A stretch of DNA of 64,000 nt from an uncultured delta proteobacterium (GTDB lineage Bacteria; Desulfobacterota; Binatia; Binatales; Binataceae). The position numbers were made by a program, and so were the translations under genes. Shown here piece by piece: positions 9,666 to 20,222 of the stretch. The notes below the pieces were generated by a model that saw only the letters and a program-made list of their open reading frames with translations, was not told the DNA's origin and made no database searches. Location of the stretch: the NCBI GenBank assembly GCA_963711565.1, contig CAVQEQ010000004.1, forward strand, positions 544,001-608,000, read 5' to 3'. Position 1 is the first letter of the stretch; each line of letters starts with the position of its first letter.

Positions 9666-11182
9666 AACTTGGTGAATTGCTCGAAGGACTCGACGTTCGC
9701 CGGATCGACGGCGACCTGAACGTGGAAATCACGGGCCTCAGCTACGACTCGCGTCACGCGGGGCCCGGTCATCTGTACTTTTCGACGGCCCGCGACGCGA
9801 AGCGCAACCGGGCCAACATTGACGATGCATTAAACCGTGGGGCGCGCGCTGTGGTGGTTGGGGGATGGGACGGTGGAACAGCGCGCCCCGCGGCGACCCT
9901 GGTGGTGAGCGAGCGGCCGCGCCTGCTGATGGGCGCGGCCGCCTCGCGGTTTTTCAGAGCGTCGAGCGAGCGCGTCGATTTGATCGGCATCACCGGCACC
10001 AGCGGCAAGACCACGACCAGCTACATACTTGCGTCGATTTTCGAGGCCGCCGGCATGCCGACGGGAATCATCGGCACGATTGGAATTTTCATCCGCGGCA
10101 AAAAAATCTACAGCGGACTGACTACTCCCGAGTCGATCGACTTCGAGTCCGCCTTGGCGCAGATGGAGCGCGAGGGCGTGAGTCATGCGGCGGCGGAGGT
10201 GTCGTCACAGGGAATCGCGGAAGGGCGGGTCGAGGCGCTGAATTTTCGCGCGTGCGTGTTCACCAACCTCGGCCGTGACCATCTCGACTATCACGCGACG
10301 GTCGAGGACTACTTCGCGGCGAAGCTGCGGCTGTTCACCGAGATACTGCCACGCAGCAAGCGCGCGAACACCGTCGCAGTTGTGCGCGGCGACGATCCGT
10401 TCGGTCGGCGCGTGCTCGAATCAGTGAAGGGATCGAAAATAAGTTTTGGAATGGATCGATCGCTCGACGTATATCCCGAGAAATTCGATGCCGACCTCGG
10501 CGGCATTCGTGCGACGCTGTCGGTACTCGGCAAAAAAATCGAAATCGAATCGCCGCTGATCGGCGAAATCAATTTGCTCAATATCCTCGGCGCCTCGGCT
10601 CTGTCGGCGGCCCTGGGTATCGATATGGTGGCGGTGGCGGATGGGGTGCGGCGATGCCCAGGGGCCCCCGGCAGACTCGAAGCGGTTCCGGCGAAACCGG
10701 GGGTCACGGTGCTGGTCGATTATGCGCACAAGCCCGACGCGCTCGAGGCGGTGCTGACTGCGCTCCGGCGTTTGCGCGCCGGCCGGATCATCTGCGTCTT
10801 CGGATGCGGCGGCGATCGCGACCGCGGCAAGCGTCCGATCATGGGCGAGATTGCGGGACGACTCGCCGATATTCCGGTGCTGACATCGGACAATCCGCGC
10901 AGCGAAGACCCGATGGCGATTATCACCGAGGTCGAGAAGGGACTAATTGCTGCAGGTCGATCGCGAAGCGACGACGCGTCTACGAAGGGCGGATATGTCG
11001 TCGAGCCGGATCGGCGCGCAGCGATCGGTCTCGCGCTTCGACTCGCGACCGCCGGCGACGCGGTTTTGATCGCGGGCAAGGGGCACGAGGACTATCAGCT
11101 TGTAGCGGGACGCGTGTTGCCGTTCGACGATCGCGTTGTGGTTCGCGAGATTGCGGCGGAACTCGCCCGCGGGCAGAGTTGA
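9662..11182 (+). CDS. murE: UDP-MurNAc-tripeptide synthetase (meso-DAP type)
   Basis: GITGTSGKTT, LTTPES, TNLGRDHLDYH, VDYAH, DNPRSE, AGKGHEDY. Confidence 0.97.
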   Translation: MKLGELLEGLDVRRIDGDLNVEITGLSYDSRHAGPGHLYFSTARDAKRNRANIDDALNRGARAVVVGGWDGGTARPAATLVVSERPRLLMGAAASRFFRASSERVDLIGITGTSGKTTTSYILASIFEAAGMPTGIIGTIGIFIRGKKIYSGLTTPESIDFESALAQMEREGVSHAAAEVSSQGIAEGRVEALNFRACVFTNLGRDHLDYHATVEDYFAAKLRLFTEILPRSKRANTVAVVRGDDPFGRRVLESVKGSKISFGMDRSLDVYPEKFDADLGGIRATLSVLGKKIEIESPLIGEINLLNILGASALSAALGIDMVAVADGVRRCPGAPGRLEAVPAKPGVTVLVDYAHKPDALEAVLTALRRLRAGRIICVFGCGGDRDRGKRPIMGEIAGRLADIPVLTSDNPRSEDPMAIITEVEKGLIAAGRSRSDDASTKGGYVVEPDRRAAIGLALRLATAGDAVLIAGKGHEDYQLVAGRVLPFDDRVVVREIAAELARGQS

Positions 11183-11200
11183 GATTCGGCGGGCGCCGCG

Positions 11201-12283
11201 ATGCTCTACCTGCTGCTCTACCCACTGCACAAATATTACTCCGGCTTCAACGCACTTCGGTACGAGACTCTCCGCTCCGTGCTGGCCGGACTGGCGGCGC
11301 TGGCGCTGTCGTTGGCTCTGGGACCCATTCTGATCGATCGGTTCCGTGCGCTGCACATCGGTCAGACGATTCGCGAAGTCGTTCCGCAGGCGCATCAGAA
11401 GAAAGCCGGCACGCCGACGATGGGCGGATTGCTGATCGTGGCATCGATGCTGGCGGCGACGCTGCTGCTCGCCAACGTCTTGAACCCGTACGTCTGGATC
11501 GCCATCTTCGTGACTCTTACCTTCGGTGCGATCGGCTTCAGCGACGACTACTTCAAGCTCACCCGCGGCAAGGGCTTGGGACTGAGCGGGCCGGCGAAGC
11601 TCGTGTGGTCGTTCTCGTGCGCGTTCATCGCGGCCGCGTGGCTCTTTCTGTATCTCGGCTTCGACACGCATCTGACCGTGCCGTTCCTGAAGAACGTTCA
11701 TCCCGATCTGCACACGTGGTTTTACATCCCATTCGCGATGCTGGTGATCGTTGGATGCTCGCATGCGGTGAATCTCACCGACGGACTCGACGGACTGGCG
11801 ATTGGGCCGGTGATGACGGTCGCTCTGACCTACTGGGTGTTTTCGTACGTCGCCGGCAACATCAAGTTTGCGACCTACCTGCAGATACCGTACATCGCCA
11901 ACGTCGGCGAGGTTGCGATTTTCTGCGCGTCGGTGATCGCCGCGTCGCTCGGCTTCCTCTGGTTCAACGCGTACCCGGCCTCGATGATGATGGGCGACGT
12001 CGGCGCGCTCTCGCTGGGCGGCGCGATCGGCACAGTCGCGGTGCTGTGCAAGCAGGAACTCGCGCTGGTGATCGCGGGTGGAGTGTTCGTCGCGGAGGCG
12101 GCGTCAACGATCATCCAGCGCTACTATTTCAAGGCGACGGGCGGCAAACGATTTTTCCTGATGGCGCCGCTGCACCATCATTTTGAACTCAGGGGAATTC
12201 CCGAGACCGTGGTGGTGATCAGATTCTGGATCGTATCGATCGTGTGCGCTCTCGTCGCGCTGAGCACGCTGAAGCTGCGTTGA
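11201..12283 (+). CDS. mraY: Phospho-N-acetylmuramoyl-pentapeptide transferase
   Basis: KAGTPTMGG, DDY, VNLTDGLDGLA, MGDVG, MAPLHHHFE. Confidence 0.98.
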   Translation: MLYLLLYPLHKYYSGFNALRYETLRSVLAGLAALALSLALGPILIDRFRALHIGQTIREVVPQAHQKKAGTPTMGGLLIVASMLAATLLLANVLNPYVWIAIFVTLTFGAIGFSDDYFKLTRGKGLGLSGPAKLVWSFSCAFIAAAWLFLYLGFDTHLTVPFLKNVHPDLHTWFYIPFAMLVIVGCSHAVNLTDGLDGLAIGPVMTVALTYWVFSYVAGNIKFATYLQIPYIANVGEVAIFCASVIAASLGFLWFNAYPASMMMGDVGALSLGGAIGTVAVLCKQELALVIAGGVFVAEAASTIIQRYYFKATGGKRFFLMAPLHHHFELRGIPETVVVIRFWIVSIVCALVALSTLKLR

Positions 12284-12288
12284 ATCGA

Positions 12289-13626
12289 ATGGAACTGTCG
12301 AACAAACGCGTGATGGTCGTAGGACTCGGAGTCAGCGGAGTCGCCGCTGCGCGCTTCCTCGCCGCGCGCGGCGCGAAACTCGTAATGACGGATCGACGCG
12401 TCAACATCGACCGCGGCAACTTACCGGCGGGCGCGCTGAAGCTTGGCGCCGAAGATGCGAGCTGGACCGACGGCGTCGAGCTGGTCGTCACGAGCCCTGG
12501 TGTACCGCGCGATTCCGTCCTGCTGCGGGCCGCGACCGAGCGGCGAATTCCGGTGATCGGAGAGATCGAACTAGCGAGCCGTTTCCTCGACGCGCCAATC
12601 GCCGCGGTCACCGGCACCAACGGCAAGAGCACGGTGGTAGTGCTGCTCGGCGAGATTCTGAAGGCGTCGGGACGGCGCACATTCGTCGGCGGCAACCTCG
12701 GCACCCCGCTGATCGACGCGATCGATGGCAAATGGGACGTCGCCGTCGTCGAGGTGTCGAGCTTCCAACTCGAATGGATCGACAAATTCCAGCCGCAGGC
12801 GGGCGTGCATCTCAATCTGACCGACGATCACTTCGATCGCTACAAAGATCTCGAGGACTACGGGCGCGCAAAGGCGCGCTTGTTCGAAAATCAGAATGCC
12901 TCGGACTACGCGATCCTGAATCGCGACGATCCCAATGTGTGGAAGCTCGCAAATAACGTGCGCTCGCGAGTGATTGGCTTCGGGCACACTCGCGGTGAGT
13001 CGGGCGCGTCGATTTGGTTTGACGAAAAAGCTAACGCAATCGTTTTCGATTTTGAATTTCAGACCGCGCTTCGCGGACGCATCAGCCTCAACGGATTTCG
13101 GCTGCGCGGATGGCACAACATTTCCAATGCGATGGCAGCATCGGCGGCGGCGCTTGCGCTTGGCGTCGAGGCCGGAGAAATCGAGCGAGCCCTCGCGTCA
13201 TTTCGCGGACTGCCCCATCGAATCGAAGTCATCCATGAGCGCGGCGGCGTCACTTATATTGACGATTCGAAGGGAACCAACGTCGGCGCAGTGGTCGAAG
13301 CGATCGACGCGCTCCCGGCGCCGATAATTCTTATCGCAGGCGGTCTCGACAAGGGCGGCGACTACGCGCCGCTGCGGCCCCCGCTCGAGGAAAAAGTCAA
13401 ACTCGCGATTCTCAACGGGGCGGCGCGCGACAAGATGGCGACGGCGCTCGCAGGTGCGACGAAGATCGAATCCGTGGCGACTCTGAAAGAAGCGGTCGAG
13501 CATGCGGCGCGCGCGGCGCGGTCGGGCGACACCGTCCTGCTGTCGCCGGCGTGCTCGAGCTTCGATCAATTCAAGGACTATGCGGAACGTGGGAACGTAT
13601 TTAAAGAGCTGGTTCGGGCGCTTTGA
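12289..13626 (+). CDS. murD: UDP-MurNAc-L-Ala:D-Glu ligase
   Basis: GLGVSG, VTGTNGKST, EVSSFQLE, DHFDRY, DDSKGTN, LLSPACSSFDQF. Confidence 0.97.
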   Translation: MELSNKRVMVVGLGVSGVAAARFLAARGAKLVMTDRRVNIDRGNLPAGALKLGAEDASWTDGVELVVTSPGVPRDSVLLRAATERRIPVIGEIELASRFLDAPIAAVTGTNGKSTVVVLLGEILKASGRRTFVGGNLGTPLIDAIDGKWDVAVVEVSSFQLEWIDKFQPQAGVHLNLTDDHFDRYKDLEDYGRAKARLFENQNASDYAILNRDDPNVWKLANNVRSRVIGFGHTRGESGASIWFDEKANAIVFDFEFQTALRGRISLNGFRLRGWHNISNAMAASAAALALGVEAGEIERALASFRGLPHRIEVIHERGGVTYIDDSKGTNVGAVVEAIDALPAPIILIAGGLDKGGDYAPLRPPLEEKVKLAILNGAARDKMATALAGATKIESVATLKEAVEHAARAARSGDTVLLSPACSSFDQFKDYAERGNVFKELVRAL

Positions 13627-14728
13627 CGCGGTCAGCTACCGGCGCCCCGACCCGTGGCTGTGGCTGCCGGCGGCGGTACTGCTGTTGCTCGGGCTGCTGA
13701 TGGTGCTCAACACGACGTACTTTCTCGGTATCGAGAAGCGCGGCGACGCGTTCCACTTTTTCAAGCTTCACCTCGCGCATATCGCGGTGGGTTTCGTTTT
13801 TCTGATGCTGCTCTCGCAATTCTCGCTGGCGGGTCTGCGCCGAATCGCGATGCCGCTGTTCATCGGCTCGATCGTGATGCTCGCGCTGCTCTACGTGCCC
13901 GGTCTCGGCCTGATGAAAGGCGGTGCGCGCCGATGGCTACGGCTTGGACCGGTGATTGCGGAGCCGTCGGAGCTGGTGAAGTTTGCGCTAGTATTTTTTC
14001 TCGCGAAGTTTCTGAGCAAGCGCCAGGATCGGATTCGCGAGTTCACCCATGGGCCGTTGTCGGTATTTCTGATCGTCGGACCGATCACACTTTTGATTCT
14101 GAAGCAGCCGGACTTCGGCAGCACCGTGATGATCGCGCTGATCCTCTTCGCGATGCTGTGGGCGGCCGGCGCGCGTTGGGAGCATCTCGCGGGCGCGGGC
14201 GGTGCGGCGTTGGTCCTGTTGGCGTTCCAGGCGGTGGCGAAGTCCTATCGCATGAAGCGGATGACGACCTTCCTCGATCCGTGGTCGGTCGCGCGCGGCG
14301 CAGGATTCCAGCTCGTGCAATCGTTCATCGCGCTCGGTGAGGGCGGGAAGTGGGGCGTCGGTCTCGGCGCGGGCCGCCAGAAAATGTTCTACCTGCCCGA
14401 GGCGCACACTGATTTCGTCTTCGCCGTCGTCGGCGAGGAGTTCGGCCTGATCGGCGCGGCCGTCGTAATCTCCCTGTTCCTCGTGATCCTGTTTCGAGGG
14501 ATGCGCATAGCTCACGACGAACCCGATCCTTTCGCGAGTCTGCTCGCGGTGGGACTGACCGCGCTACTCTCGATTCAGGCGTTGATCAACATGTCGGTGG
14601 TGATCGGGCTGATCCCGACCAAGGGACTGCCGCTGCCGTTCCTGAGTTACGGCGGCACTTCGATCATCATCGCGATGGCGGCGTTGGGCGCGCTCCTCGC
14701 GCTCGGGCGCCGGCCGGCGGTGCGATGA
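13580..14728 (+). CDS. ftsW: SEDS peptidoglycan polymerase FtsW (start uncertain)
   Basis: GARRWL, EPSELVK, QPDFG, YLPEAHTDF, PTKGLPLPFLSYGG. Confidence 0.95.
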   Translation: MRNVGTYLKSWFGRFDAVSYRRPDPWLWLPAAVLLLLGLLMVLNTTYFLGIEKRGDAFHFFKLHLAHIAVGFVFLMLLSQFSLAGLRRIAMPLFIGSIVMLALLYVPGLGLMKGGARRWLRLGPVIAEPSELVKFALVFFLAKFLSKRQDRIREFTHGPLSVFLIVGPITLLILKQPDFGSTVMIALILFAMLWAAGARWEHLAGAGGAALVLLAFQAVAKSYRMKRMTTFLDPWSVARGAGFQLVQSFIALGEGGKWGVGLGAGRQKMFYLPEAHTDFVFAVVGEEFGLIGAAVVISLFLVILFRGMRIAHDEPDPFASLLAVGLTALLSIQALINMSVVIGLIPTKGLPLPFLSYGGTSIIIAMAALGALLALGRRPAVR

Positions 14729-15807
14729 AGGTGATAATCGCAGGCGGCGGCACGGGCGGGCATCTTTTTCCGGCGGTCTCGCTGGGCGAGGAGATGATTC
14801 GTGAGCGTCCCGACATCGACGTGCTGTTCGTCGGCACGAGTGCGGGTCTCGAGGCGAAGTGGTTGCCGAAGAGCGGATACAAATACGAGCTGTTCGAGAT
14901 GCACGGAATTCGCGGGCATAGCGCAGTCGAGCGAGCGCGCGCGTCGGTGGAATTCCTCCGCGCGATCGGTCTCGCAACGTCGCTCGTCCGACGCTTTCGT
15001 CCGAGCATCGTCGTGAGCGCCGGCGGATACGCGTCGGCGTCGATGGGCGCGGCCGCCGTCCTGACTCGAACGCCGCTGGTGTTGATGGAGCAGAACACGC
15101 GGCCGGGTCTCGCGAATCGAATGCTGTGGCGATTCGCCAACAAGATCTGCGTCGGCTTCAGTGACAGCGTGAATTATTTTAACCCATCTAAAGTGGTAGT
15201 GACGGGTAATCCGACGCGGTTCCAATACTGGCCTGACCGATCACCCCGCGAGCATCGGCAATTACAAATCCTTGTTTTAGGCGGTTCGTCCGGAGCCCAT
15301 CGCCTGAATATTGGTGTCGTAGGGGCTTTCAAAATCTGCGGAAAAAGTGTTATAAATTGGAACGTTGTCCACCAGACCGGGGAGGCGGATGAGGAGTTGG
15401 TGAGGAGTGCTTACCGCGAAATCGGGTTCGCGGCTGAGGTGGTGCCGTTTATCGACAACGTCGCCGACGCCTTGCATCGCGCGGATTTGGTTGTGGCGCG
15501 TTCAGGCGCGATGACGGTCACCGACATTGTTCTTGGCGCGCGTGCGGCTATTTTCGTGCCGTATCCCTTCCACAAAGATCAGCAACAGGTGCACAACGCG
15601 CGCGTGATCGAAAAGCGCGGCGGGGCGATAATAGTTCGCGACGACGATCAACTTGCGTCCAACCTCGCGCGCGAACTTGAAGCGTTGATTCAAAATCCCG
15701 CGCGGCTGGACGAGATGGGCGAGCGCGCGCATCAGGAGGCGCATCCCGACGCGGCTCGTCACATCGCAAAGATTTGTTTTGAACTCGCGGAGCGCGCGGC
15801 GGCATGA
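14725..15807 (+). CDS. murG: Lipid II N-acetylglucosaminyltransferase
   Basis: GGGTGGHLFP, EQN, TGNP, GGSSGA, RSGA. Confidence 0.97.
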   Translation: MKVIIAGGGTGGHLFPAVSLGEEMIRERPDIDVLFVGTSAGLEAKWLPKSGYKYELFEMHGIRGHSAVERARASVEFLRAIGLATSLVRRFRPSIVVSAGGYASASMGAAAVLTRTPLVLMEQNTRPGLANRMLWRFANKICVGFSDSVNYFNPSKVVVTGNPTRFQYWPDRSPREHRQLQILVLGGSSGAHRLNIGVVGAFKICGKSVINWNVVHQTGEADEELVRSAYREIGFAAEVVPFIDNVADALHRADLVVARSGAMTVTDIVLGARAAIFVPYPFHKDQQQVHNARVIEKRGGAIIVRDDDQLASNLARELEALIQNPARLDEMGERAHQEAHPDAARHIAKICFELAERAAA

Positions 15808-17234
15808 GTGAACTGCACGCAAATGGTCTCTTGACGCGTCAGCGGCGGCTGCACTTCGTCGGCATCGGCGGCGCCGGCATGAGCGGAATCGCCGAGCTAT
15901 GCCTCAAGCTCGGGATGCGCGTCAGCGGATGCGATCTTAGACCGTCGCCGACTATCACGCGGCTCGCGTCGCTCGGTGCGGAAATCAGCCAGGGCCATCA
16001 CCCGGCGCATCTGAAGGACGACGGTGGCATCGACGCGGTGGTGATCTCATCGGCGATAAAATTTTCGAATCCTGAAGTCGCGCGAGCGCGCGAGATGAAG
16101 ATTCCGGTGATCGCGCGGGCCGAGATGCTCGGCGAACTGCTGCGGATGGCGAAGCTCGGCGTCGCGGTCGCGGGCACGCATGGCAAGACGACCACGACCG
16201 CCCTGATCGCGCTGATCATGGAAGAGGCGGAGCTCGATCCCACCGTCGCAGTCGGCGGAAATATTCGCAACACCGGCAGCAACGTGCGGCTCGGGCGTGG
16301 CGATTTCATGGTGGCCGAGGCCGACGAGAGCGACGCGTCCTTCCTGCTGCTGATTCCGACCATCGCCGTGGTGACGAATATCGATCCGGAGCATCTCGAT
16401 CACTACGGCACGATGGATAAAGTGCGAGAGGCGTTCGTGGACTTTATCAATCGCGTGCCGTTCTACGGCGTTGCCGTACTCGGAATCGACAGCGTAAATG
16501 TGCGCGCGTTGATCGCGTCGATTCGCAAGCCGATGGTGACTTACGGCGTCGCGCAGGACGCTGATCTGCGCGCCGAGAAAATAGTGATCGACGGCCTCTC
16601 GACCCGCTTCGAGGTGATCCGCAAGGGCGAACATCTCGGCCGTGTATCGATACCGACGCCGGGCGTGCACGTGGCGCTGAACTCGCTCGCGGCAATCGCG
16701 GTCGCGATGGAAGTTGGAATCAGTTTCGATCGTGCGGCGTCGGCTCTCGCGAATTTCGGCGGGATCAGTCGCCGCTTCGAGATCAAGGGCGAAGCTGCCG
16801 GACGAATTGTGCTCGACGACTATGCGCATCATCCGGCCGAGGTGCGCGCGACGCTGGCCGCCGTGCGCGCGTCGTTCAAGCGCCGCGTGGTTGCGGTCTT
16901 TCAGCCGCATCGATACACCCGCCTGCGCGATTTGTTCGACGATTTCCTGTCGGCCTTCGACGACGCCGACGTGCTCTACCTGTTCGACGTGTACCCGGCC
17001 GGCGAGGAGCCGATTGCCGACGTCTCCGCGCGGCGTCTCTACGAAGCGCTGCACGCGCGCGGCCATCTCGAGGTGCACTACCTGGGCGCCGAGGAAAATC
17101 CCGCGGAGCGCATCGCGGCGGGCTCGCGCGCGGGCGATGTGATCGCGACTCTGGGTGCGGGCGATATCTACAAGATGGGCGGCGAGATACTGAAGGCGCT
17201 CAGCGCCGAGGTCAAAGTTCATGAAGGCGCTTGA
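15804..17234 (+). CDS. murC: UDP-MurNAc:L-Ala ligase
   Basis: HFVGIGGAGMSG, AGTHGKTTT, EADESD, DDYAHHP, FQPHRYTR. Confidence 0.98.
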   Translation: MSELHANGLLTRQRRLHFVGIGGAGMSGIAELCLKLGMRVSGCDLRPSPTITRLASLGAEISQGHHPAHLKDDGGIDAVVISSAIKFSNPEVARAREMKIPVIARAEMLGELLRMAKLGVAVAGTHGKTTTTALIALIMEEAELDPTVAVGGNIRNTGSNVRLGRGDFMVAEADESDASFLLLIPTIAVVTNIDPEHLDHYGTMDKVREAFVDFINRVPFYGVAVLGIDSVNVRALIASIRKPMVTYGVAQDADLRAEKIVIDGLSTRFEVIRKGEHLGRVSIPTPGVHVALNSLAAIAVAMEVGISFDRAASALANFGGISRRFEIKGEAAGRIVLDDYAHHPAEVRATLAAVRASFKRRVVAVFQPHRYTRLRDLFDDFLSAFDDADVLYLFDVYPAGEEPIADVSARRLYEALHARGHLEVHYLGAEENPAERIAAGSRAGDVIATLGAGDIYKMGGEILKALSAEVKVHEGA

Positions 17235-18123
17235 AGCCGAGTTGCGCGCGAAATTCGGCACGCGAGTCCGCGCCGCGATGCCGCTCGCGGAACTGACGTC
17301 ATTCCGGATCGGAGGACCCGCGGACTTGTTCGTCAACGTCGAGGATGAAGCCGAGCTGATGCACGCGAAGGCCGCCGCGTATCGTGCGAGTGTACCGTGC
17401 TTCTGCCTCGGCGCGGGTACCAACCTGCTCGTGAGCGACCGCGGGATGCGCGGGTTGGTGGTGAGACTTGGCGATGGCTTCGCAAAAATAAATATCGACG
17501 ACACGAAAGTCGTTGCGGGCGCCGGCGCCGCGTTCGGTACGCTCGTCAGTGAAGTTGTCGATCGGGGCCTTGAGGGGCTCGAATTCGGCGAAGGTATTCC
17601 CGGTACGGTCGGCGGTGGATTGGTGATGAACGCGGGTGCGTTCGGCGGCGAAATCGCGAAGGTGGTCACGCTGGTGCATGGCGTCACCGAGTCTGGCGAC
17701 GCGCTCGCGCTGACCAGGGACAACGTCAAGTTTGCGTATCGGCGCACTGAGTTGCCGAATCACTTCATAATCACCCGCGTCGATTTCGATCTTGCGCATG
17801 GCGATCGCGATCGACTGACGGCGCGAGTCGCCGAGTTGAAAGCCAGGCGCGCATCGCGTCAGCCGCGCGGAGTGCCGAACGCGGGATCGATCTTCAAAAA
17901 TCCGCCGGGCAATTTCGCGGGCAAGTTGCTGGAAGGCGCGGGCCTGAAGGGAACGCGGCTCGGCGGTGCGGCGTTTTCGGATCAGCATGCAAACTTTATC
18001 GTGAATCTCGGCGGCGCTCAGGCCGCGGAAGTGCGCGCGCTGATCGACCTGGCGCGCAACAAGGTGAAAGAGCAGAGCGGCGTCTTGCTCGAACCGGAGG
18101 TTAGGCTGGTCGGCGACTGGTAA
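17221..18123 (+). CDS. murB: UDP-N-acetylenolpyruvoylglucosamine reductase
   Basis: TSFRIGGPAD, GIPGTVGG, MNAGA, AGSIFKNP, HANFIVN. Confidence 0.97.
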   Translation: MKALEAELRAKFGTRVRAAMPLAELTSFRIGGPADLFVNVEDEAELMHAKAAAYRASVPCFCLGAGTNLLVSDRGMRGLVVRLGDGFAKINIDDTKVVAGAGAAFGTLVSEVVDRGLEGLEFGEGIPGTVGGGLVMNAGAFGGEIAKVVTLVHGVTESGDALALTRDNVKFAYRRTELPNHFIITRVDFDLAHGDRDRLTARVAELKARRASRQPRGVPNAGSIFKNPPGNFAGKLLEGAGLKGTRLGGAAFSDQHANFIVNLGGAQAAEVRALIDLARNKVKEQSGVLLEPEVRLVGDW

Positions 18124-18149
18124 CGCGCAATTTGGATTGAGGTGGTGGG

Positions 18150-18932
18150 GTGGCGGTTCGCGGGAAAAAGAAAGCGGTGACTGGGTGGAGCGCGCGGATG
18201 GGCGGGCTGGTGGTGTGCGCCTTTTTTGCGCTGGGCGTGATGACGGGATTCAGCACGGCCGGCCGCGCAGTGGCTCTCAGAGCGTCCGCAAGCCTCGCCT
18301 CATATCGCGATCAAATTCTGGATTCGCTCGCACCCGCGCGCACTACCGCTGCGAGTTATTCCGCCGTGCTGGTGCAATGGGCCGGACGCGCGGGAATTTA
18401 CCATCAAGGTCTGCACCAGCCGGGCGCTGCGGCGATTTCGGCTGGCGATATGCGTGACGGCGCGATCGCGCTCGTCGAGCGTCACGACGGCTTCTACCAA
18501 CTGTTCAGCGGCGGCGAGCTGCGCGGGCCGGTTTCGCCGGACAAGCAGGGCGACTTGCCTGTGCTGAGCGGCGATGCGCTCGACAACGCTCGCGGATCGC
18601 AGATGGTCGATTACACGGCGCTGCTGGTGCGCGCGGAGACGCAACTGTCCGAAATTATTTCGGAGATGCGCGTCGGCGACGACGGCACGGCCTCGCTCTT
18701 CCTCGAGCGCGAGCGCACCGAGGTCGTGCTCGATCTGGATCGCGCCACGACCGAGCTTCAGCGCGCGATCAAAGTGCGTCAACAATGGCAGGGACGTGAG
18801 AACCTGATCGCGGCGCTCGATTTGACTACGCCAGGACTCGCTGTTGTGCGCCTGCATGCGATCGCGAGCACTCACTCGAAGCATAAGACCGCGCTTCGAA
18901 AAGTTTCGTTCCAGCCGGGCGGGAGCCGGTGA
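18150..18932 (+). CDS. Divergent FtsQ/DivIB-like membrane protein
   Basis: Occupies the ftsQ position; basic N-terminus and one TM helix; LVER...LPVLSG...ISEM...LDL pattern resembles the FtsQ C-terminal domain. Confidence 0.6.
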   Translation: MAVRGKKKAVTGWSARMGGLVVCAFFALGVMTGFSTAGRAVALRASASLASYRDQILDSLAPARTTAASYSAVLVQWAGRAGIYHQGLHQPGAAAISAGDMRDGAIALVERHDGFYQLFSGGELRGPVSPDKQGDLPVLSGDALDNARGSQMVDYTALLVRAETQLSEIISEMRVGDDGTASLFLERERTEVVLDLDRATTELQRAIKVRQQWQGRENLIAALDLTTPGLAVVRLHAIASTHSKHKTALRKVSFQPGGSR

Positions 18933-18936
18933 CGCG

Positions 18937-20154
18937 ATGAGAAATCTGCTCACCGGGCTGGACGTCGGCACCAGCAAAGTTTGCGCGATCGTCGGCGAAT
19001 CGCTGCCGGACGGCCAGTTGGCGACGCTCGGCTTCGGCGTCGCGCCATGCACGGGGCTGCGCAAGGGCGTCGTCGTAAATATCGAGGCGACCGTCGATGC
19101 GATCAAGGTTGCCGTCGAGGAAGCGGAGAAAACTTCCGGCGTGCGCGTCGGCTCGGTTGTAGTCGGCGTCGCGGGGCCGCATATCAAGGGTCTCAACAGC
19201 CACGGGATCGTCGCGGTGCGCGGCGGTGAAGTCAGCGCGCGCGATGTCGATCGGGTGATCGACGCGGCGCGCGCGGTCGCAATCCCTCTTGATCGCCAGG
19301 TCCTGCATATTCTGCCGCAACAGTTCGCCGTCGATGAGCAGGAAGGCGTGCGCGAGCCTTACGGGATGGCAGGCGTTCGCCTCGAGGCGCGTATTCATAT
19401 CATCACCGCCGCGCAGAGCTACGGCCAGAATCTCACCAAGTGCTGCGAGCGCGCGGGCGTGACGCCGTCCGAGATGGTTTTCCAGCCGCTCGCCTCGGCG
19501 GACGCGGCGCTGTTTCCGGAGGAGCGCGAACTCGGCGTGGCGCTGATCGATATCGGCGGCGGCACCACCGATATCATCGTCTTTCACGGCGGCGCCGTGA
19601 TGCATACCGCGGTGCTCCCGATTGGCGGCAATCATCTCACCAGCGACATCGCCGCCGGACTGCGCACTCCTATCTCCGACGCCGAACAGCTCAAGATCAC
19701 GTTCGGTATTGCGACCAATCAGGTCGTGCGGCGCGACGAGACGGTGCAGGTGCCGGGCGTCGGCGGACGCGAGCCGCGCGTGATCGCGCGCCGCCTGCTC
19801 GGTGAAATCATCGAGCCGCGCATGGAAGAAATTTTCACGATGGTGCAGCGCGAGCTGCTGCGCTCCGGCGTTTCCGACGGCCTCGCGTCCGGCGTCGTGC
19901 TGGTCGGCGGCACCTCGCTGCTCGAGGGCACGCAGGAACTCGCCGAGCGCATCTTCGGCCTACCGGTGCGGCGCGGACTTCCCATCAACTTGAAAGGACT
20001 GCCCGAAGAACTGATGAAGCCGATGTACACGACGGCCGCCGGCTTGTTGCTCCATCAGAGCGCGGTGGGCGGAATTGGCAACGGAGTTGGAAAAGCGGGC
20101 CGGCTTGGACGGCTGCGCTCACGGTTTAGCGATTGGGTGAGGGACTTCTTTTGA
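18937..20154 (+). CDS. ftsA: Cell division protein FtsA
   Basis: [36 protein letters not shown]. Confidence 0.97.
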   Translation: MRNLLTGLDVGTSKVCAIVGESLPDGQLATLGFGVAPCTGLRKGVVVNIEATVDAIKVAVEEAEKTSGVRVGSVVVGVAGPHIKGLNSHGIVAVRGGEVSARDVDRVIDAARAVAIPLDRQVLHILPQQFAVDEQEGVREPYGMAGVRLEARIHIITAAQSYGQNLTKCCERAGVTPSEMVFQPLASADAALFPEERELGVALIDIGGGTTDIIVFHGGAVMHTAVLPIGGNHLTSDIAAGLRTPISDAEQLKITFGIATNQVVRRDETVQVPGVGGREPRVIARRLLGEIIEPRMEEIFTMVQRELLRSGVSDGLASGVVLVGGTSLLEGTQELAERIFGLPVRRGLPINLKGLPEELMKPMYTTAAGLLLHQSAVGGIGNGVGKAGRLGRLRSRFSDWVRDFF

Positions 20155-20222
20155 GAAGTCGCCGAAACAAAAAATTTAATGGGCAACAAACTTTGCCGGT
20201 AGGTGGTGGAGGAGGATCTGTA

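Noticed and set aside
16047-17747. Long shadow ORFs (also 5858-7402, 10654-12186, 22555-24189, 26923-28125, 29198-30379)
   Set aside because: They overlap well-supported genes, are Arg/Ala-rich without motifs, and are expected in high-GC coding DNA.
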